From: Breznakia blatticola | Lineage (GTDB): Bacteria; Bacillota_I; Bacilli_A; Erysipelotrichales; Erysipelotrichaceae | Length of the DNA: 29,699 nucleotides | Reading direction: 5' to 3' | Assembly: GCF_004365815.1 (NCBI RefSeq) | Contig: NZ_SODD01000033.1 | Span: forward strand, 1 to 29,699 | In this document: piece by piece, positions 8,698-17,500 of the stretch | How positions within the stretch are numbered: position 1 is the stretch's first letter | Layout of the letters: each line of letters begins with the position of its first letter | The notes under the pieces: generated by a model | What the model saw: only the letters and a program-made list of their open reading frames with translations | Databases searched by the model: none | Told to the model about the DNA's origin: nothing | Translations under genes and position numbers: made by a program

Positions 8698-9936
8698 ATG
8701 AAACGTAGAGTAGTAATTACAGGAATGGGTGCTTTAAGTCCTGTTGGAAATAATGCACCAGATACATGGCAAGCAATTAAAGATGGCGTATGTGGAATTG
8801 ATAAGATTACGCATTTTGATACAACAGACTTTAAAGCAAAGCTTGCTGGAGAAGTAAAAGATTTAGATATGGAAGTTTACTTCACAAAACGTGACTTAAA
8901 GTTTAATGATCGTTTTACACAGTTTGCACGCATTGCGGCAAAACAAGCAATGGAAGATTCACAATTAAATGTCGAAGCAATTGATGCGACTCGTTTTGGA
9001 GTCATTGTTGCTTCGGGGATTGGTGGAATTGAAACAATCGAAAACGCTGAAGATAACTTACAAGATCGTGGACCAAGTCGTGTCTCACCATACTTTATTC
9101 CGATGGCACTAGTTAACTTAGCAGCAGGCAGTGTTGCTATTGATGTACAAGCTAAAGGACACTGTAGTAGTCAAGTAACTGCTTGTGCTGCAGGAAGTAA
9201 TGCAATCGGTGAAGCATTCCATAAGATTCGTGATGGCTATCAAGAAGTCATGTTAGCAGGTGGTACCGAAGCAAGTATTACACCACTAGCAGTCGCTGGA
9301 TTTAGTAGCATGCGCGCGTTACATACAGGTGAAGACAAAACACGTGCAAGTATTCCTTTTGATAAAGAACGTAGTGGATTTGTTATGGGAGAAGGAGCAG
9401 CGATTTTAGTTTTAGAAGAATTGGAACATGCAAAAAAACGTAATGCTAAAATCTATGGAGAAATCGTAGGATATGGTTCATCATGTGATGCATATCATAT
9501 TACCGCTCCGATTGGTGATGGTTCAGGTGGTGCACAAGCGATGCGTAATGCCATTCAAGATGCAAACGTTGAAGCAAGTGATATTACATACGTAAATGCA
9601 CATGGAACAAGTACACCGATGAATGATAAAACCGAAACTGCAGCAATTAAAAGTGCGTTTGCAACACATGCATCAAAACTGATGGTTTCATCAACAAAAA
9701 GTAATACAGGACATCTATTAGGAGCAAGTGGAGCAGTTGAAGCATTAATCACAATTAAAGCGATTCAAGATAGCTTTGTGCCTGCAACTATTAACTATAA
9801 AGAAGCAGATGAAGAATGTGACTTAGATATCGTACCAAATGAAGGGCGTCATGTAGATATGACATATGCTATGAGTAATTCCCTTGGATTTGGTGGACAC
9901 AATGTCAGTTTAATCTTCAAGAAATGGGAGAACTAA
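8698..9936 (+). CDS. fabF: 3-oxoacyl-ACP synthase II
   Basis: Active-site contexts VTACAAGSNAIG, NAHGTSTPMND and KSNTGHLLGASG; 412 aa. Confidence 0.95.
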   Translation: MKRRVVITGMGALSPVGNNAPDTWQAIKDGVCGIDKITHFDTTDFKAKLAGEVKDLDMEVYFTKRDLKFNDRFTQFARIAAKQAMEDSQLNVEAIDATRFGVIVASGIGGIETIENAEDNLQDRGPSRVSPYFIPMALVNLAAGSVAIDVQAKGHCSSQVTACAAGSNAIGEAFHKIRDGYQEVMLAGGTEASITPLAVAGFSSMRALHTGEDKTRASIPFDKERSGFVMGEGAAILVLEELEHAKKRNAKIYGEIVGYGSSCDAYHITAPIGDGSGGAQAMRNAIQDANVEASDITYVNAHGTSTPMNDKTETAAIKSAFATHASKLMVSSTKSNTGHLLGASGAVEALITIKAIQDSFVPATINYKEADEECDLDIVPNEGRHVDMTYAMSNSLGFGGHNVSLIFKKWEN

Positions 9937-9937
9937 C

Positions 9938-10369
9938 ATGGTATACAATTCAAATGAAATCCAACAAATTATTCCTCATCGTTATCCATTTCATCTAGTT
10001 GATCGTATTGATGAAATTAGTGAAGATGGAAAAACGATTATTGGAACGAAATGTGTAAGTACAAATGAAATGCATTTTCTTGGACACTTTCCAGAAAAAC
10101 ATGTAATGCCAGGTGTGTTAATTGTAGAAGCACTTGCACAAACTGGATGTGTACTTTTATTATCAAAAGAAGAAAATAAAGGAAAAATCGGTTATTTTGC
10201 AGGAATCAATAAACTTCGTTTTAAACAACAAGTGATTCCTGGAGATGTCTTAACCCTTAAAGTTACATTAACGAACCAACGCGCAGGAATCTACTTTGCA
10301 GATGTAGAGGCTAGTGTAGATGGTAAAGTAGCAGTAAAGGGTGAAATCATGTGTGCTGTAGGAGCATAA
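9938..10369 (+). CDS. fabZ: 3-hydroxyacyl-ACP dehydratase
   Basis: Hot-dog fold signature LGHFPEKHVMPGVLIVEALAQ; 143 aa. The start is 1 nt after the fabF stop. Confidence 0.93.
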   Translation: MVYNSNEIQQIIPHRYPFHLVDRIDEISEDGKTIIGTKCVSTNEMHFLGHFPEKHVMPGVLIVEALAQTGCVLLLSKEENKGKIGYFAGINKLRFKQQVIPGDVLTLKVTLTNQRAGIYFADVEASVDGKVAVKGEIMCAVGA

Positions 10370-10370
10370 C

Positions 10371-10700
10371 ATGATTAAAGGAATTGGCTGTGACATCGTT
10401 GAGATTTCACGAATAGAGCAAAATCAAGCAGCTTTTGCAGCTAAGATCTTAACTGCATCAGAGATTACACTCTATGAAACCTTGAAAAATAAACAACGAA
10501 AACTTGAATTTCTTGCTGGTCGTTTCGCCGCGAAAGAAGCGATTTATAAAGCATGTAATGAAATGAAACTCATCACAAACATTGAAATTCTCAACGATGA
10601 AAATGGCAAACCTGTTTGTCTTGTCGATGGGTATGTCATTCACATATCCATCGCGCATGAGCAGGCATTTGCAATAGCGTATGCAATTTGGGAGGAATAA
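10371..10700 (+). CDS. acpS: Holo-ACP synthase (4'-phosphopantetheinyl transferase)
   Basis: 109 aa with N-terminus MIKGIGCDIVEISRI and C-terminal SIAHEQAFAIA, both typical of AcpS. Confidence 0.9.
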   Translation: MIKGIGCDIVEISRIEQNQAAFAAKILTASEITLYETLKNKQRKLEFLAGRFAAKEAIYKACNEMKLITNIEILNDENGKPVCLVDGYVIHISIAHEQAFAIAYAIWEE

Positions 10701-10703
10701 AAC

Positions 10704-11393
10704 ATGAGTCTTTGGCAAATTATTAAAGTCATCCCTTTCTTACCATTTGCTTGGTTTGATGCCATTCGCTTAAAAGGTAAAGATGAAAACAAGATTTATC
10801 AATGTTTTCTAAAACATAGCAATCGTGTATTAAAAGTACTTGGTTATACGTTAAAAGTAGAGGGAAAAGAAAATATTCCTGAAACAGGCGCAATACTATT
10901 TGTTTCCAATCATCAAGGAACGTTGGACCCTGCACTTGTTGTGGCAAGTTGTCCATATCCAATGGCCTTTATTTCAAAGAAGAAAAATGAGAAATTGCCC
11001 ATCTTTGGTCGTATTGCCGTATGTTTAGGTGTTATTCACTTTGATTCAGATACGCGTGAAGGAAATGTCTATATGCTACGTGAAGCAGCTAGACGTTTAA
11101 AACAAGGAAAACGATTATTGATTTTCCCAGAAGGAACACGATCACGCCATGATCAGATGAATCCATTTAAGGCAGGTGCATTGCAACCAGCTTTTCTGGC
11201 AAAAGCAACGATTGTCCCAATTACTTTAAATAATGCGTATTGCATTGATGATAAGAAAGACAAAAACAGAAACTTATCGATTACTTATGGTACACCACTT
11301 ACTTATGAGATGTACAAAGGCAAAGATAAGCAAGAAGTCAGTGACTATATTTATCAAGAAATTGAAAAAAATATTCTGTATACAAACAAGTAA
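10704..11393 (+). CDS. plsC: 1-acyl-sn-glycerol-3-phosphate acyltransferase
   Basis: Acyltransferase motifs VSNHQGTLDP (NHxxxxD) and IFPEGTRS. An N-terminal hydrophobic segment is present and GGGAGGA SD lies upstream. Confidence 0.88.
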   Translation: MSLWQIIKVIPFLPFAWFDAIRLKGKDENKIYQCFLKHSNRVLKVLGYTLKVEGKENIPETGAILFVSNHQGTLDPALVVASCPYPMAFISKKKNEKLPIFGRIAVCLGVIHFDSDTREGNVYMLREAARRLKQGKRLLIFPEGTRSRHDQMNPFKAGALQPAFLAKATIVPITLNNAYCIDDKKDKNRNLSITYGTPLTYEMYKGKDKQEVSDYIYQEIEKNILYTNK

Positions 11394-11418
11394 AGCGAAC
11401 ATGTATTTGTATCGATAA

Positions 11419-11451
11419 CTCTCACCAAAGGAAAAAGTGAGAGTTTTTTTT
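11419..11451 (+). terminator. Rho-independent terminator of the fab operon
   Basis: CTCTCAC (11419-11425), 11-nt loop, GTGAGAG (11437-11443), then T8. Confidence 0.85.
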
Positions 11452-11549
11452 AATTCTATTGTCTTATATGTACTGGAGAAAAGTTTCAGGGGCTTTTGTA
11501 GTGCTTTTTTGATACGTACTACACAAGTAGATATAAGAAAGGAAGGATT

Positions 11550-14500
11550 ATGAAGAAATACATTTCGAAGAGCATTATGATTGTCGTAGTCATAATGGGG
11601 ATGTTATTAAGTGATCTAAGTGTGCTTTTTGGACAGGACTTGTCCGTGCTTAGAAAAGAAAATGAGATAACAACTCAGTCATCAGATCTTGATGCACATA
11701 CGATTGGACCTGGTGGAGGTGGGGCTTTATTCAACCCTATCGTAAACCCGCAAGATGAAAACAACTTACTTATGACAACAGATATGTCAGGTTCGTTTAC
11801 ATCAGTTGATGGTGGGAAAAGTTGGGTGCAAAGAAACCTAGGTGGAAGTGCAAAGTTCTCATTTAGTAAACATGATCCAAATGTTGTGTATGCGTATAAC
11901 ACACATATTTGGGTTTCTCACAACAAAGGATTAGATTACGAACGTTTCTATCCAACAAAAGAGAATATTAAAGAAACCGTATCAGGGATTCAAGAAGGGG
12001 TGGAATTCACTTACCATGATGCAAGTGCAACGCCAAAAAGCCGTGTAATGGCTTTAGAGGTGGATCCAGATGACCCAAATACAATTTACTATTTCCAAAG
12101 AGGGCAAAAAGATCAAGCAGTACCTGAATTAGTAAAAACAACCGATAATGGAAAAACTTGGGAAGTACTTGCACAGTGGCCGATGAATACAATGTCTGCA
12201 TGGCAATACTCACCAACAAGTATTGAGAAATATGTAAAAATACATATTGATCCAGAATCACCAAAAGATGAAAGACGTATTGGTTTATATACGAGTGATG
12301 GATTTTTTGAAATCATTGATAATGGAAGTAAAACATATAAAACCTTATCAACTATGACTTCAAGAAATGGAGATATGTATTATGATCCAGTCACTAAAAA
12401 AATGGTGATTTATGCAATTGAAAATATTATTACGTATGATAAGAATGGAAATGAAGTATATACCTACCTTGATTTAATGAAAACAGAGGATGAAGGTAGA
12501 ACATGGACAAACATTTCAAATGGTTCTGTAGAACCAGAGGCAGGTAGTGATATTACCTATTATGGTGTTGCAGTATATGATGAAAATGTTTATTTAACTT
12601 ATACATCGTCTAAAGGAAAACATAACTCATTAGGAACTGGAGTTACAAAATCAACAGACGGTGGAAAAACATGGGAAACAGTACTGAAAGGTTGGGATTC
12701 AAAAAACATTGTTGAACATAACTGGACCGAACTTTTTAGTGCAAGAAGTTTATCTGTCGCATGGAATGGATTGAACCGAGGAATTTCTGTTTGTAAGTCA
12801 AATCCAGATATCGTCATGGTATCGACACATGGTAATGCATACATATCAAGAGATGGAGGAGCCACTTGGTATGATACAAACAGTGATTTTGATGCAGAAA
12901 CTGCATTTGGAAAAACGCGTGGAGTTGACCAAATCACAAGTTGGGATGTAGATGTTGACCCATTTGATGAAAATCATATGTTTATTAGTTACTCAGATGT
13001 TGGTTTATTTGAATCAAAAGATGGTGGAGATACATGGAGACGTTCGCAAAATAATGGGATTCCACACCAAAGCTACTATTCAAATTCAGCATATTCATTA
13101 GAGTTTGACCCAGATATTGAAGGGCTTGTATTTGCCGGAATGAATGGATGCCATGATTTAAATATTGGTACGTATATCATCGATATTTTGAAATTAGCTG
13201 ATTTGACAAAGCAAGATGAAAATAAAACAGGATTTAGATGGGTTGGAGGAATGTTGCGTTCAACTGATGGTGGTGCAACTTGGAGTGCAACAGGTACACT
13301 AGGAACTCAACCCGTGCGTGAAGATGATGGGATTACTGGATTACCTGACCGTGCAATGGTCACAAGTGTTGTAATTGATCCAAACAGTCCAAAAGAAATC
13401 GATAAACGAGTTGTCTATGCATCATGTATTGGATATGGTGTGTATCGTTCAACCGATGGAGGAATCCATTGGGAAAAATACAATATGGGAATGGAAGATG
13501 AACCATATCAAATGCCTTGGCGTTTAGAATACAATGCAGATTACTCAAGACTTTATGTTGTATTTGCCCAAATGGGTGGAGGAGCAAAAACTGGAACTGA
13601 AGAAGGAAAACTTGCACTAATTGATTATCACCCAGGAGATGGTCCAGTATATTACTTAGAACGTGGACAAGATACATGGACAAAATTAGCATCGATGCCA
13701 AGTAATGCAAATAGTAATGCAAATATGGAATCAAGCTGGAAAGGTAACGACTATGTATCTGTATTCAGTGGTGTTTCATTTGATAGTAAAGGAAATATCT
13801 ATGCTTCTGGTAAAGTAGCTTCACTAAACGGTACGCCAGGAAAACGTGAATTCGGTGGAGGATGGGTTTCAGGTGACGATGGTCATACTTGGAAACTGAT
13901 TTATCCTTCTAATGAAAACGTATATGATTTACAAGTAGATAGCCGTAACGATAATGTACTGTATTTATGTAATACGACAGGTGGAGAAGTATATGTATCA
14001 TACAAAGGTGCAGATACAACATTTGATGACTGGATTAAACTAGACGGATTCCAGTTTACTGTACCGACTCGTGTTATTGAAGATAGTCGTGATCCAAAAT
14101 ACATGTATACAACAACGTTTGGTGGTGGAGTTTGGCATTTAGAATTACCACAAGCAGTTGTTACAGAACAACATACGATTACTTATGATGGAAATGGTAT
14201 GACTGCAGGTGCTGCACCAGTTGATACAAATGCAACCTATGCTAAGAAAAGTAAAGTAAAAGTATTAGGTACAGCAACTATGAAGAATACTGGTAAAACA
14301 TTTATTGGTTGGAATACCAAAGCAGACGGTAGTGGAGATATGTACCAAGAAGGCGATGAATATTATCTAGTAAGAAATACTGTACTTTATGCACAGTGGC
14401 GTGATACAAACACAAAACTAAACGTAGTTTATGATGCAAATGATGCAACAAGTGGAAGTGTACCAGTAGATAGTGATTCTCCATATACTGTGAACAGTGA

Positions 14501-17500
14501 AGTTACTGTATTAGATAACACGGATTTAGTAAAAGATGGATACCGTTTTGTTGGTTGGAATACCAAAGCAGACGGTAGTGGTACTAACTATGTAGCAGAT
14601 GATACATTTGTAGCTGTAGATGATGTTACATTATATGCACAGTTTTCAAAACTATACACTGTAACATATCACAACATGGATGCTACAGAAGGCGATACTC
14701 CAGTTGACACAAAACAATACATTGCTGGAGAACGTGCAGATATACTTAACAGTGCAGGTTTAGAAAAAGATGGCTATGTACATCGTGGATGGAGTACATC
14801 AGAAGATTATACAGGTGGAGTATACAAAGAAGGAAGCAGTATCCCAATTAAAGGGGATGTAGACTTATATGCATACTGGAAACCTGAATTACATATGTAT
14901 TATGATGGAAACGGAAATACACATGGTAGTGCACCAGTGGATACTAACCGTTATGCAGATATCGATGTCATTAAAGCACTTGATTATGGAACACTAGTTA
15001 AAGAAAACTATGAATTTGATTCATGGAATACAGAACCAGATGGATCCGGAACAACATACAAACTAAATGCACAATTTATGATTAAAGAAGATTTGACACT
15101 ATATGCACAGTGGAAAAAACTTGAAGATAAAGAAGAAGATGTAACTGTTGTATATAGTAGAAGTCAAGCAACTGCAGGTAGTGCACCAGTTGATGCAAAC
15201 TCACCGTATGAGTATGGTTCGCTTGTAAAAGTCATGGATAAAGGTGACTTAGAAAGAGATGGATACATCTTTGCAGGATGGAGAAATATTGCTGTTGGTG
15301 GATCAAAAATCTACAAACCTGGACAATACATGGTCGTCACAAGCAATGTGTTATTCTATCCACAATGGGTTGATGAAAATGATGTCACATACAACATCAC
15401 ATACAACGGAAATGGACAAACTGCAGGTTCAAAACCAATCGATATTAATGCTCCATATAAAGGAAGTGAAAAAGCAACAATCCTTGGCCAAGGAACACTA
15501 CTAAAAAATGGATTTGAATTCGTTGGTTGGAATACACAAGCAGATGGTAGAGGAATTACATACCAACCAGATCAAGTGGTACAATTTGATGGAGATGTAA
15601 CATTGTATGCACAGTGGCGTGATAAGAGTATTCCATTATCTGTAAGTTATGATGCAAATGGAGCAACAAGTGGAAGTGTACCAGTAGATACAGGTTCACC
15701 ATATACATTAAAAGATCCAGTTGTTGTTGCAGATAAACTTGATCTAGTAAAAGATGGATATATCTTTACTGGATGGAATACAAGTCCTAAAGGTTCTGGA
15801 GATAGTTATCAACCAAATGAAACATTCAATATCTTAAATGACACTATACTATATGCACAGTGGTCAAAAGAACTACATGTTACATATCATGGAACACAAG
15901 CAGAAAGTGGTAATGTACCAACAGACAGTTCGATTTATGTGAAAAATGATAATGTAACTGTAAAAGACAATGTGGACCTTGTAAAAGAAAATCATTTCTT
16001 CTTAGGATGGAACACAAAAGAAGATTACTCTGGAACATTATATAAACCAAATGCAACATTCACGATTCGTGAAGATGTTGATTTATATGCACAATGGGTT
16101 CCAGCAAAGAAAATTATCTATGATGGAAATGGACATACACATGGAAGTGTTCCAGTAGATCCAAAAGAGTACAATGAAAACGAACGTGCAAAATTAGCAT
16201 ATAAAGGTGACTTAGTAAAAGATGGATATGAGTTCAAAGGATGGAATACAGAAGCTGATGGTTCTGGAAAAACATATAAAGAAAATGATCCAGTAATTAT
16301 GACAAGTCAATTAAAGCTATACGCTAAATGGGAAAAAATAACAGATACTTCAAAAGAGTGGACAGTTGTTTACTATGCTGCTGATAGCGCAGTCACAGGA
16401 AGTGCACCAGTTGATGCAAGCTCACCATATAAAAATGGAGATCTAGTTCAACTAAAAGGTCCTGGTGACATGAAAAAAGAAGGATATAAATTTGTTGGTT
16501 GGACAAACCGAATGGTCTCTGCACCAATCATCTACAAAGAAGGACAATACGTCACAATCACAAACAATATGATTATGTGGTCTCTTTGGGAAAAAGTAGA
16601 TGCAGAAGCAGAAAAATTTACCTTAACATATGATGGAAATGGACATACAAGTGGTAGTGTACCAGTTGATACAAGTAGTCCATATCTTGCAACAGATTCA
16701 ATTCAAGCAAAAGCGGTAGGTGATCTTGTTCGTGATGGTTATACGTTTGCTGGATGGAACACCAAAGCTGATGGTAAAGGAATTGCGTATAATGCTGGAG
16801 ATACATTTACAATTTCAAGTGATACCATCCTATATGCACAGTGGACAAAAGATGCAGTGTACGAAGTAAACTATACATTCGTATCGCAAGATCCTAGCTT
16901 AACATTACCAAGTGATGTGACTGATTTACTACCTAGCAAACATACAAATGTAGCAAATGGAGCAACAGTAAACAAAGTAGATCCTACATCCACATCTGTG
17001 GTGGATAATGCCAAAGGTGGTACATGGCAATTTGTTGGTTATGATGTAAATACCATTACCATCAACAAAGCCAATGCAACATTTACCGGAACATGGAAAT
17101 TTGTGCCAAATACATTTGAAGTAGATTACAAGTTCGTATCAAACGATGGAAGTACTTTACCTAGTGATGTAACAGATTTATTACCAAGCAAACATACAAA
17201 TGTAGCCAATGGTGTAACGGTAAACAAAGTAGATCCTACAACAACATCTGTGGTCGATAATGCCAAAGGTGGAACATGGCAATTTGTTGGCTATGATGTA
17301 GATAGCATTACAATTAATAAAGCCAATGCAACCTTTACTGGAACATGGAAGTTTGTGCCAAATACATTTGAAGTAGATTACAAGTTCGTATCAAATGATG
17401 GGAGTACTTTACCAAGTGATGTAACAGCTTTATTACCAAGCAAACATACAAATGTAGCCAATGGAGCAACCGTAAACAAAGTAGATCCTACAGTAACATC

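Noticed and set aside
11509-11537. Sequence-perfect-looking promoter TTGATA-17 nt-TATAAG upstream of the 2443-aa gene.
   Set aside because: The -10 ends 13 nt before the ATG, so the predicted TSS (about 11544) would fall inside the GGAAGGA Shine-Dalgarno and give an almost leaderless mRNA lacking its SD. I could not find a better-placed promoter, so the true promoter of this gene remains unidentified.
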